A stretch of DNA of 64,000 nucleotides from an uncultured virus (IMG/VR IMGVR_UViG_3300007722_002942) (IMGVR_UViG_3300007722_002942), one strand, 5' to 3'. Counted from the first letter of the stretch, positions 9,633 through 17,869 are shown. The notes: a model not told the origin generated them from the letters alone. Program-made: numbers and translations.

Positions 9633-10465
9633 AGTGGAATACAATCTATACAGATGATAATCTTACTGTTCTTAAGGAATTAGTAGATAATAAGGTTCTA
9701 TTTGATTTAGTACTAACAGACCCTCCTTATAATATAGGTAAGGATTTTGGAAATGATACAGACAAGATGCCATTAGAAGAATTTCTTGAAGGTTTAGAAA
9801 AACGCATAGAACTTATTGACGGATTGCTTTCTAATGTAGGAAGTATTGTTTGTTTTTGTACTCATCGTTATGTAGGGCATTTGCAGATGCTAATGTATAA
9901 GAGATGGCAATACAGAAGATTAATGATCTGGTTTTATAAAAATGGAATGAGTAGGCAAACAAAAGAGCCTGTAACAGAATACGACCCGTTTTTATGGTTT
10001 AGTAAAACAGAAAATTATACATACAATATGGAAGATATAAGAGTTCCATATAGATCTGATAGGGTTAAGAATCCTGTATATAAAAAAGATACTCATGGTA
10101 ACAAAAGAGCGTGGCATCCAAACCCAGATGGTGCAAAAAGAGGGGATGTATGGGAATATCCAACCTTATCAGGTAAGGTTTTTGAAAATGAAAGAACTGA
10201 GCATCCTACTCAAAAACCAGAAGATTTAACTATCGATTTAATAAAGGCTTTTTGTCCTAAAGGTAAAGATGGGAAATATGAGGGTAATATACTAGACCCA
10301 TATTTAGGATCAGGAACAACAGCATTTTGTATAGAAAAACTTAATAGGCTTTATGGTCATAGGATAAAATGGATTGGAATAGAATTAGAGGAAAAATGGG
10401 TTAAAGTGGCGAATAATAGGATAGAACAAGAAAGGAATAAACAACCACAAATTGATTTATTTTAA
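9623..10465 (+). CDS. N6-adenine/N4-cytosine DNA methyltransferase (beta class)
   Basis: TDPPY, HPTQKP, LDPYLGSGTT. Confidence 0.92.
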   Translation: MDIKWNTIYTDDNLTVLKELVDNKVLFDLVLTDPPYNIGKDFGNDTDKMPLEEFLEGLEKRIELIDGLLSNVGSIVCFCTHRYVGHLQMLMYKRWQYRRLMIWFYKNGMSRQTKEPVTEYDPFLWFSKTENYTYNMEDIRVPYRSDRVKNPVYKKDTHGNKRAWHPNPDGAKRGDVWEYPTLSGKVFENERTEHPTQKPEDLTIDLIKAFCPKGKDGKYEGNILDPYLGSGTTAFCIEKLNRLYGHRIKWIGIELEEKWVKVANNRIEQERNKQPQIDLF

Positions 10466-10470
10466 TTATT

Positions 10471-10713
10471 ATGGAAAAAACACAAATAGAAAAAGAACTA
10501 ACTGTTGCAATTCAAAACCAGATGAAAGCAAAAGATACTGTTAACAAAGCATTAAATGAATTTTTCGAAGCATCTAGATTGAGAATTGAAAAAGAAATCG
10601 AAGCAAATGCTCTTGGTGTCGTTATTCAGAAAAAATCTTGCTGTAAGAGTGAGAAACGCTGCGATAATAACTGCAATAATAACTGCGATAGTGGCAATTG
10701 CAATTGTTCTTGA
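10471..10713 (+). CDS. small coiled-coil protein with Cys/Asn-rich tail
   Basis: C-terminus CDNNCNNNCDSGNCNCS. Confidence 0.55.
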   Translation: MEKTQIEKELTVAIQNQMKAKDTVNKALNEFFEASRLRIEKEIEANALGVVIQKKSCCKSEKRCDNNCNNNCDSGNCNCS

Positions 10714-10849
10714 TTAATTTTCTCCGGAAATTAAAAGTAATAATCTAAATCTCAGATGCAACTTGCATTGTGTCTGATAATTTGTTAAGATGTAACTCTT
10801 GCGTTAAGAGTTATATAAGATGGTTGGTTTCCCCTAACAGGAGTTTGTT

Positions 10850-11815
10850 ATGAAGTGTTCGAAATTGTTTGCGGTTTTAATGGTTTTAGTTGTATCATTT
10901 GCATCGTATGCAGATGAGGCAGTTAAGACAGATGTAGCCAAGACAGATGTAGATGTAGCCAAGACAGATGTAGATGTAGCCAAGACAGATGTAGATGTAG
11001 CCAAGACAGATGTAATCAAGTCAAACGATACAATTATGACTGGTGGCAATCTGTCTGATGTTGCAACATTGAGCTTGAATTTTGGCTTTACAACCCACAA
11101 TGTCACAAGAGGTATTGTATCGGAAGATCAAGGTCTTATCTTCCAGCCATCTGCCACATTAACTCTAAAGGTTGCAGAAAATGTTTCGGTTTATCTAGGA
11201 ACAGCTATGAGTTTTCAGGATAACGAAACAGGCGCAGATCCTGGATCTAGTTTGGCATCCTGGGCAGAGGCTGATATTTTTACAGGTATCAGCGTAAATG
11301 TCACAGATAGATTATCAGCCGGAATAGAGTATAAGGGTTATACTCTTCCTAATAATTCAGGTGAAGATGTTCATGAAATTAATCTGATTTTATCATATGA
11401 TGATGCTGGACAATGGGGTAATGTTGAACTTCTATCAAGAGGTTTGCAACCCTACGTTATTCTTGGCTTTGAATTCTCTGGTTCACAGGCTCAAGATGGC
11501 GATGAGGGTATCTATATGGAGGTTGGCGTTCGTCCTTCATGGTTAGTGTTAGATAATAATGTTGAATTAGCACTTCCTATTGCTATCGGTCTTAGCTTGG
11601 ATGATTACTATGGCAGCGGCTCTAATGGTTATGCCTATACGTCGGTAGGTGCAGAGGCTATTATCCCTCTAAAATGTCTTGGAACAGGTTTTGGCGAGTG
11701 GCATGTTGCTCTTGGTGTAAATTTCCTATTCTTAGGATCAGAAGCACAAGCACTTAATGCTAGCGGAGATGATTTTGAACTAATCGGCAGAGTAGGCTTT
11801 GGCGTAGATTTTTAA
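10850..11815 (+). CDS. outer-membrane beta-barrel protein (Gcw_chp/TorF-like porin)
   Basis: Sec signal peptide (ASYA), alternating amphipathic strands, TxxVTRGI...QP motif, C-terminal Phe. Confidence 0.7.
   Translation: MKCSKLFAVLMVLVVSFASYADEAVKTDVAKTDVDVAKTDVDVAKTDVDVAKTDVIKSNDTIMTGGNLSDVATLSLNFGFTTHNVTRGIVSEDQGLIFQPSATLTLKVAENVSVYLGTAMSFQDNETGADPGSSLASWAEADIFTGISVNVTDRLSAGIEYKGYTLPNNSGEDVHEINLILSYDDAGQWGNVELLSRGLQPYVILGFEFSGSQAQDGDEGIYMEVGVRPSWLVLDNNVELALPIAIGLSLDDYYGSGSNGYAYTSVGAEAIIPLKCLGTGFGEWHVALGVNFLFLGSEAQALNASGDDFELIGRVGFGVDF
10925..11014 (+). repeat. 21-bp tandem repeat encoding (KTDVDVA)n
   Basis: AAGACAGATGTAGATGTAGCC x3 plus partial copies. Confidence 0.95.
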
Positions 11816-11845
11816 TCTATGTAGTATTAGGTGTAACCAGTCGTC

Positions 11846-11873
11846 GGGTGCTGCATGGGCAGCACCCTTTTTT
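11846..11873 (+). terminator. intrinsic terminator
   Basis: GGGTGCTGC-ATGG-GCAGCACCC followed by T6. Confidence 0.9.
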
Positions 11874-11942
11874 ATTTTTAAATTCTCCGGTTATTGTGAG
11901 AATGGGACAAGTATAATGGGTATTTAATCAGGAATTTATAAC

Positions 11943-13424
11943 ATGGTATCAAAAGAAAAATTACTGTTTTGGATTGAAAAAAACTATAATGTCTTATTTG
12001 AAGGCAAGCATGGTGTAGGTAAGACAGCGAGGGTTATTGAGGCTTTTAATGAGGCTGGGCTAAATTGGGCCTACTTCTCCGGGGCAACAATGGACCCGTT
12101 TATAGATTTCGTAGGCGTTCCTGTTAAGATAGATACACCTGATGGTTCTCATATAGAATTAATTCTACCAAAGAATATAAATCCAAACGAATTAGAAGCA
12201 ATATTTATAGATGAATATAATAGATCTCATAAAAAGGTTAGGAATGCCACTCTGGAACTTATTCAATTTAAATCTATTAATGGCAGGGAATTCCCGAAGT
12301 TAAAAATTGTATGGGCCGCAGTAAATCCTGAATCAAAAGATGGAGATACTCAAGAATACGATGTGGACAGGATGGATCCTGCTCAGAAGGATAGATTTCA
12401 TGTTCATGTAGATATACCATACAGACCTGACATAGAATGGTTTACTAGTCAGTATGGTGATACTGTTGCAAAGCCTGCAATACAATGGTGGGAGGAACTT
12501 ACAGAAGATGGAAAGAATGCTGTTTCTCCTAGAAGATTAGAATATGCACTGTCTATGTATAAAGATGGAGGAGATATATCTGATATTCTTCCTCCTATAT
12601 CTAATCCATCAAGATTAAAGGCTATGATTCATATAGGACCAGCCGAGGATCAGCTTGAAAATATAATGAAAGAAACGAATAGGGAAGTTATAGATAAATG
12701 GATTTCTTCTAGCAATAATTTAGATTATGTAATAAATACTATAAGAAGAAAATCAAAATATAGAAAATTCTTTTTACCTATTATGCCTCAAGAGAGAGTC
12801 TCGTTATTACTTGGAACAGATACTAGATTAAAATGGGATGTACTTACTGATTTGGAAAAAAATAAAGAAAATAGCATTTATTTAGAATTATTACAAAATA
12901 TAGTTACGGCTAATCTTAATAAAAAACTTGCAAGATCTATAAAAGATAAAATGATAGAAGTAGGAATAGGACTTCCTATTATTAAGAATATTCCTATTTA
13001 TTATTCTGAGGTTAATTCAGGAAATGATGTTATGTCTCGTTTGGCAGGAGAATCTAAAGCGTCAATGTCTGCTTACAAAAAAAATAAAATATATGAAGAA
13101 TTGAAAAGTAATTTTCCAAAAGATATGGATATTGATACATCAAATTATGCCGTTCATGTTATAGCTATGATTATTGAGAATACAAGTGATAATTTGATTA
13201 ATAGAGATTACCCTTTAATATACCAAATGTTAAATCATGCTTTTTCATGTTTAATTATTAATAATATTTATCATAATGATATATCTAAGGAAATTGGAAA
13301 TAAGTATTCAAAACTAAGCAGACATATAAGAGAGGGAAAAACTATAAGTCCTATTGAAATATATGACTATATTAATAAAATTACAAATTCAAAACAAAAA
13401 ACAGAGATACTATCTGCAAATTAA
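11943..13424 (+). CDS. MoxR-like AAA+ ATPase
   Basis: Walker A GKHGVGKT, Walker B IFIDEYNR, AAVNP, DPAQKDRF. Confidence 0.85.
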   Translation: MVSKEKLLFWIEKNYNVLFEGKHGVGKTARVIEAFNEAGLNWAYFSGATMDPFIDFVGVPVKIDTPDGSHIELILPKNINPNELEAIFIDEYNRSHKKVRNATLELIQFKSINGREFPKLKIVWAAVNPESKDGDTQEYDVDRMDPAQKDRFHVHVDIPYRPDIEWFTSQYGDTVAKPAIQWWEELTEDGKNAVSPRRLEYALSMYKDGGDISDILPPISNPSRLKAMIHIGPAEDQLENIMKETNREVIDKWISSSNNLDYVINTIRRKSKYRKFFLPIMPQERVSLLLGTDTRLKWDVLTDLEKNKENSIYLELLQNIVTANLNKKLARSIKDKMIEVGIGLPIIKNIPIYYSEVNSGNDVMSRLAGESKASMSAYKKNKIYEELKSNFPKDMDIDTSNYAVHVIAMIIENTSDNLINRDYPLIYQMLNHAFSCLIINNIYHNDISKEIGNKYSKLSRHIREGKTISPIEIYDYINKITNSKQKTEILSAN

Positions 13425-13433
13425 GTAAATAAT

Positions 13434-14693
13434 ATGAACAGAGATGAATTTTTCGAAATTAGCAGACAGCTTGAAATACATCATGCGGTTTTTTATCGCT
13501 TCTGGGAAATGGGTCAACCATATTTTACAGAAGAGATAGAAACCGCTGCTGTCTCTTTCGATCCAAAAACTGGCAAGTTGATTAGGTTTATTTTTAATAA
13601 AGGCTTCTGGGATTCATTAACTCCTAATAAAAGATTATTTATTATTTGTCATGAAGCTTTACATGTGGTTTTAGAGCATGGTAAGAGATCTTTAGGGGCA
13701 ACTAAACAGGAACATACGGCTGCTAATATAGCTATGGATGTCGTTATTAATCATTCATTAGTTGATAAATTTGGATTTAGCAGGGAAGAAATAGATCCTG
13801 ATAATAAATACTGCTGGATAGAAACCGTTTATCCAAATGATAAAACAATTGAGAAGAATAAATCTTTTGAATACTATTATAATAAGATTGATTTTTCATC
13901 AGAAACTATTGGAATACCATTACTTGTTGATGACCATAGTGGATTTACAGGTATAGGGGATGACGAGGCATCAACTGTTATATCAAGACTTGGAGAGCAG
14001 CTTTCTAAAGAAGATAAAGATGGCATAAAGGATTTTATAAAAGAGCAACTAGAAGATAAGGATAAAAAATCTGGAAAAGAAGCAGGTAGTATAGCAGGAA
14101 CATCTTGGGTTTTTATGGATACCAATGCTGTCCCTAAAAAGAAAAAATGGGAGACTATAATACATAATTGGTCAAAACCATTTATGCCAAGAGATTTTGA
14201 GCCTAAAGAGCAATGGCTTAGAATAAGTAGAAGATGGACCAACTTATCTCAAGATATTATACTTCCAAGCGAGATGGAAGTCGATGAAAAAGAAGAACAA
14301 GGTAAGATAGATGTATTTTTCTTTTTAGATACATCTGGCTCATGCTCTGGATTAGCAAATAGGTTCTGGAATGCTGCAAAATCATTACCTACTTCAAGAT
14401 TTAATAAAAGATTGTTTTGTTTTGATACAAAGACTTATGATGTAAATGAGAAAGATGGAAAACTATACGGATTCGGTGGAACAAGATTTGATATTATCGA
14501 GCAAAGAATACAAGATATAGTATTGTCAGAAAAATCCAAATATCCATCTGCTGTTTTCATTATAACTGACGGATATGGTAATATTGTTATACCACAAAAG
14601 CCTAAAAATTGGTATTGGTTTTTAACAGAATATTCTTATAAAAATTACATACCAAAAACTAGCCGTATTTTTCCTCTGAAAGATTTTGAATAA
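13434..14693 (+). CDS. metallopeptidase-like + VWA domain protein (DUF2201-like)
   Basis: HEALH zincin motif; MIDAS DTSGS; GGT; ITDG. Confidence 0.85.
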   Translation: MNRDEFFEISRQLEIHHAVFYRFWEMGQPYFTEEIETAAVSFDPKTGKLIRFIFNKGFWDSLTPNKRLFIICHEALHVVLEHGKRSLGATKQEHTAANIAMDVVINHSLVDKFGFSREEIDPDNKYCWIETVYPNDKTIEKNKSFEYYYNKIDFSSETIGIPLLVDDHSGFTGIGDDEASTVISRLGEQLSKEDKDGIKDFIKEQLEDKDKKSGKEAGSIAGTSWVFMDTNAVPKKKKWETIIHNWSKPFMPRDFEPKEQWLRISRRWTNLSQDIILPSEMEVDEKEEQGKIDVFFFLDTSGSCSGLANRFWNAAKSLPTSRFNKRLFCFDTKTYDVNEKDGKLYGFGGTRFDIIEQRIQDIVLSEKSKYPSAVFIITDGYGNIVIPQKPKNWYWFLTEYSYKNYIPKTSRIFPLKDFE

Positions 14694-14705
14694 CCAAGGA
14701 ATATA

Positions 14706-15173
14706 ATGGAAACAGAATCATACATAAAACATAAATTAATAATAGTTCCTCAAGATGAAGATAATTGTATAGAAATATCAATGATATCTTCATCTTTATA
14801 TACAGATCCATCTCCATCTACAGATTATGTTAATTCTATTTTTACTTATGACAAGATTGAGATATGCGGTGGTTTTGTAGTAATATATAATGGCTTTTTT
14901 AAAGTTCATTGTTATCCTAAACTTGATAAGTATGCTGATTTTGCCAAAAAAGCATATAAACAAAATGCAGTAAATTTTATAGCATTACCTGCGTCATGTA
15001 TTAAATTCATTAAATTTGAAAATAAATTAGGTTGGTTCAATGTAACAGAAGATGAAGCATCTAGGGAATCTGATAATATATACAATACTGTAAGAGGAGA
15101 ATGGCTTAAAAAGAGTTTTTTATATAAAATGTTTTGTAACTTTAATGAATACGGATCATATCATAATGCTTGA
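14706..15173 (+). CDS. hypothetical protein
   Basis: ORF with AAGGA RBS. Confidence 0.6.
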   Translation: METESYIKHKLIIVPQDEDNCIEISMISSSLYTDPSPSTDYVNSIFTYDKIEICGGFVVIYNGFFKVHCYPKLDKYADFAKKAYKQNAVNFIALPASCIKFIKFENKLGWFNVTEDEASRESDNIYNTVRGEWLKKSFLYKMFCNFNEYGSYHNA

Positions 15174-15660
15174 AGTCATTATATCAGGAGGACAGACAGG
15201 TGTTGATATTGCAGGACTGATTGCTGGAAAAGCATCAGGATTAAAAACTGGAGGTTGGATGCCAAAGGGCTTTAGAAGGCTAGACGGTAATTTTCCAGAT
15301 ATGCAAATAGAATTTGGTATGAAAGAACATGAATCTTGGAATTATAAGTTAAGAACTTATTGTAATGTTAGAGATGGAGATGCTACATTAAGAATTGCTC
15401 ATAACTTTTATTCTCCAGGTGAAATATGCACTAAAAAGGCAATTTCCTATTATGAGCGACCATTTTTAGATTTATGTATAACAAGCCTTGATCCTGTGGA
15501 TAAAGTAGCAGAGTGGATAATTAATGGGAATTTCAGAGTTTTGAACGTCGCTGGAAATTCCGAGCAAACTTTCTCCGGAATTCAGAAAAAATCGGTTACA
15601 TACTTGACAGCGGTTTTTGGGCTTGTCGCACAAAATCGTGGAATTTTGAAAAAAATTTGA
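15145..15660 (+). CDS. SLOG-family protein (putative molybdenum-carrier-like)
   Basis: IISGGQTGVD, GGWMPKG, RT..NVRDGDATL, LNVAGN. Confidence 0.85.
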   Translation: MNTDHIIMLEVIISGGQTGVDIAGLIAGKASGLKTGGWMPKGFRRLDGNFPDMQIEFGMKEHESWNYKLRTYCNVRDGDATLRIAHNFYSPGEICTKKAISYYERPFLDLCITSLDPVDKVAEWIINGNFRVLNVAGNSEQTFSGIQKKSVTYLTAVFGLVAQNRGILKKI

Positions 15661-15680
15661 AGGATTATTCAAGATAGCAT

Positions 15681-15708
15681 TTGAAGTGATACGATAAGAC
15701 GGTATAAT
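15681..15708 (+). promoter_or_regulatory. sigma70-type promoter giving a probably leaderless transcript
   Basis: TTGAAG-N16-TATAAT; ATG 15715 lies 7 nt after the -10 box and has no RBS. Confidence 0.7.
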
Positions 15709-15714
15709 ACCATT

Positions 15715-15792
15715 ATGAAACAGAACTTATCATCTTCGTTGTCTTGCCTCTATTTGAGTCTATCAAATAGGGCTTTGACATTGCAAGGATGA
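15715..15792 (+). CDS. attenuator leader peptide MKQNLSSSLSCLYLSLSNRALTLQG
   Basis: 25-codon ORF; codons 5-17 are only Leu/Ser/Cys/Tyr; overlaps the antiterminator strand. Confidence 0.8.
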   Translation: MKQNLSSSLSCLYLSLSNRALTLQG

Positions 15793-15825
15793 ATCACGCA
15801 TCCAAATTAGCAATATCAAAGCCCT
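15769..15825 (+). promoter_or_regulatory. antiterminator hairpin
   Basis: AGGGCTTTGACATTGC (15769-15784) pairs 15/16 with GCAATATCAAAGCCCT (15810-15825), which overlaps the 5' strand of the terminator. Confidence 0.8.
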
Positions 15826-15851
15826 GTCAGAAATGATGGGGCTTTTTCTTT
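15818..15851 (+). terminator. conditional intrinsic terminator (attenuator)
   Basis: AAAGCCCTGTCA-GAAA-TGATGGGGCTTT followed by TTCTTT. Confidence 0.88.
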
Positions 15852-15863
15852 GGTCTTTGACAA
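15852..15863 (+). promoter_or_regulatory. boxA-like Nus antitermination site
   Basis: GGTCTTTGACAA resembles rrn boxA (GCTCTTTAACAA), just ahead of the first tRNA. Confidence 0.55.
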
Positions 15864-15889
15864 GTGAATAGATTAACGCATTTATCACA

Positions 15890-15971
15890 GGGCGGTTGTC
15901 GGAGCGGCTAACGAGCTCGTCTGCAAAACGAGTGGAGCAATCCTTCATGGGTTCGAGTCCCATACTGCCCT
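15890..15971 (+). tRNA. tRNA-Cys(GCA) with long variable arm
   Basis: GGGCGGT/ACTGCCC, U73; CTCGT-CTGCAAA-ACGAG; variable arm GGA-GCAA-TCC. Confidence 0.88.
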
Positions 15972-15981
15972 TTTATAATAT

Positions 15982-16066
15982 GCCGCTATGACGGAATTGG
16001 TAGACGACCTGGATTCAAAATCCAGTGAGCTAAAAACTCGTGCAGGTTCGAATCCTGCTGGCGGTA
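15982..16066 (+). tRNA. tRNA-Leu(CAA)
   Basis: CTGGA-TTCAAAA-TCCAG; long variable arm; A73. Confidence 0.92.
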
Positions 16067-16074
16067 TTTTCTTT

Positions 16075-16158
16075 GTGTCGGTATGCAAACTGGATAAGCA
16101 GGCAGACTGTAAATCTGCTGCCTAACGGCGATTATAGGTTCGAGTCCTATCCGGCACA
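16075..16158 (+). tRNA. tRNA-Tyr(GTA)
   Basis: GCAGA-CTGTAAA-TCTGC; long variable arm. Confidence 0.92.
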
Positions 16159-16173
16159 TTGGTTTAGAGTATT

Positions 16174-16255
16174 GCGGGTGTGGCGTAATTGGCAGCCGCG
16201 CCAGATTTAGGTTCTGGTCTCGAAAGAGGTATGGGTTCAAATCCCTTCACCCGCA
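16174..16255 (+). tRNA. tRNA-Leu(TAG)
   Basis: CCAGA-TTTAGGT-TCTGG; GCGGGTG/CACCCGC. Confidence 0.92.
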
Positions 16256-16268
16256 TTTTTTATGATAT

Positions 16269-16353
16269 GCCGCCATGCCGGAATTGGTAGACGACCTGGA
16301 TTTAAAATCCAGTGAGCTAAAAACTCGTGCAGGTTCGAATCCTGCTGGCGGTA
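16269..16353 (+). tRNA. tRNA-Leu(TAA)
   Basis: CTGGA-TTTAAAA-TCCAG; near-copy of tRNA-Leu(CAA). Confidence 0.92.
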
Positions 16354-16431
16354 TTTTTCTCCGGAAGTATTTTATAATGTCTTATCTTTAGGGCATGTTT
16401 AACCAAATATTCTTTAGAAAAAGGAAAAACC

Positions 16432-16770
16432 ATGATTATCCTAGACGGTGGAAAATCTTTAGAAAAAGAACAATATCTTTCTGGTAGAGTTATATTTTTC
16501 AAAGGTGATACGGCAGGTCGAAATTATCAAGAAGGTGAGCAATGCGCCTTTTATTGCGGACCAGAATCAGAGACAGAGGGAATGCTCAGTGATTATGAAT
16601 CTGTTAATGATATTATGAATGAAGCTTTTGAAGGCTCAGGACTTAATATTGATATAGGTGCTTCCGAATCATATCATCTTATATGGTATGATTCTACTAA
16701 GTCTTTTGAAGAAGTTTGGGAAATAGTCAAAAATAGATTAATTCCCCTTGGATTTATTGAAATAGATTAA
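16432..16770 (+). CDS. hypothetical protein within tRNA array
   Basis: AAGGA RBS; acidic 112-aa ORF. Confidence 0.65.
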   Translation: MIILDGGKSLEKEQYLSGRVIFFKGDTAGRNYQEGEQCAFYCGPESETEGMLSDYESVNDIMNEAFEGSGLNIDIGASESYHLIWYDSTKSFEEVWEIVKNRLIPLGFIEID

Positions 16771-16798
16771 TTTCATATTGGTATGAAAAATTGATAAA

Positions 16799-17014
16799 AT
16801 GAATAACAAACTCCTGTCATTAAAAACCGTGTCCAAAAGATTAATAGAAATTCATGTAAAAAAGAAGAAAATGTCGGAAAAGTTTGCATTAGAAGAGAAA
16901 GAAGTTAAAGATAGATGTCCTCATAATTTTGTATACGAGCCAGATCCTTCTGGGAATAATGATTCAGGTTACTATTGTTCAACATGTGATAAGTGGGTAA
17001 AAAATATCACATAA
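16799..17014 (+). CDS. small Zn-binding-like protein
   Basis: CPH...CSTC. Confidence 0.6.
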   Translation: MNNKLLSLKTVSKRLIEIHVKKKKMSEKFALEEKEVKDRCPHNFVYEPDPSGNNDSGYYCSTCDKWVKNIT

Positions 17015-17041
17015 ATAGAATATCATTACGTATGTTTTTAA

Positions 17042-17126
17042 GTCCTTATGGCGGAATTGGCAGACGCACCACTTTAAGGTAGTGGCAACCGAAAGGTTAT
17101 TGCAGGTTCGAATCCTGCTAAGGATA
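17042..17126 (+). tRNA. tRNA-Leu(AAG)
   Basis: GTCCTTA/TAAGGAT; CCACT-TTAAGGT-AGTGG gives anticodon AAG; long variable arm. Confidence 0.88.
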
Positions 17127-17135
17127 TTATAGTAT

Positions 17136-17274
17136 GCTGCGGCAAACGCTGCGGAAGCGTTGACAGGTTGCCAGTCAAATCGATTGAGTCTGCTACGTCT
17201 GAGACTGGTGATTGTCGTCATACATGTGGACTCCCGTGTATTGATTTAGATAGGTTCGACTCCTATTCGCAGCT
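17136..17274 (+). ncRNA. tRNA-like RNA with extended anticodon and variable arms
   Basis: Acceptor GCTGCGG/TCGCAGC and T arm ATAGG-TTCGACT-CCTAT flank oversized arms. Confidence 0.7.
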
Positions 17275-17339
17275 TTGATAAGATAAAGGATTGTAAACAT
17301 TAATCTTTATCTTTATGGTAAGTCAATAGAATGAAATTT

Positions 17340-17428
17340 GGAAGTGTGGCCGAGCGGCTTAAGGCTCAAGTTTGCTAAACTTGCGGGTTAAATTGATAGC
17401 CCCACAGGTTCGAATCCTGTCACTTCCG
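17340..17428 (+). tRNA. tRNA-Ser(GCT)
   Basis: CAAGT-TTGCTAA-ACTTG; G73. Confidence 0.92.
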
Positions 17429-17429
17429 T

Positions 17430-17617
17430 TTACAGTTGCGATGCCTTAACTGGCTGAGTGCAGGAATATGGTAAAGCTAGAAATTATGACAAAAGGGCGT
17501 ACTCTGAGTTTGTTCTAAATGAGCAATAGGATAGTTAAGACTGCATCTAGGCTATCATCAGACCCGGCCATGAGCCGAGCGGGAACCGTCATAATACCAA
17601 TTAAGTCGCAACTGTAA
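17430..17617 (+). ncRNA. unidentified 188-nt structured RNA
   Basis: 12-bp perfect closing stem TTACAGTTGCGA/TCGCAACTGTAA with nested helices; fills the gap between two tRNA-Ser genes. Confidence 0.65.
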
Positions 17618-17619
17618 TT

Positions 17620-17705
17620 GGAAACGTGACTGAGTGGCTTAAGGTACTTGTTTCGAAAACAGGAGGCGGGAATCCCGCCCGCGAGTTCGAATCTCGCCGT
17701 TTCCG
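17620..17705 (+). tRNA. tRNA-Ser(CGA)
   Basis: CTTGT-TTCGAAA-ACAGG; GGAAACG/CGTTTCC. Confidence 0.92.
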
Positions 17706-17719
17706 TTGAAAGGATTTTT

Positions 17720-17869
17720 ATGAAAAGGTATCCATGTGGATTATCAAAATATGAATGGTATAGCATTATGGATAAAACAAAGGAATTAGACGACTTATAT
17801 TATAGATATATAAGAGACTATAAGCCAACAATTATAGAAAGAATTTTTTGTTTTATAAGCAGATTGTGA
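17720..17869 (+). CDS. small hypothetical protein
   Basis: AAGGA RBS; track ORF trimmed past the tRNA. Confidence 0.45.
   Translation: MKRYPCGLSKYEWYSIMDKTKELDDLYYRYIRDYKPTIIERIFCFISRL

Noticed and set aside
10925..11014. CRISPR-like arrays (also 1-28 and 49471-49575)
   Set aside because: Head-to-tail in-frame coding repeats with no spacers and no cas genes.
17430..17617. RNase P RNA, tmRNA or theta ribozyme identity
   Set aside because: CAGACCCGGC is faintly RNase P-like, but the GAGGAAAGUCC partner is missing. There is no tRNA-like end or tag ORF, and it is too long and does not start with G at the tRNA 3' end.
15763..17766. Minus-strand track ORFs 15763..15963, 15986..16240, 16979..17221, 17515..17766
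   Set aside because: They are antisense shadows of tRNA and ncRNA genes.
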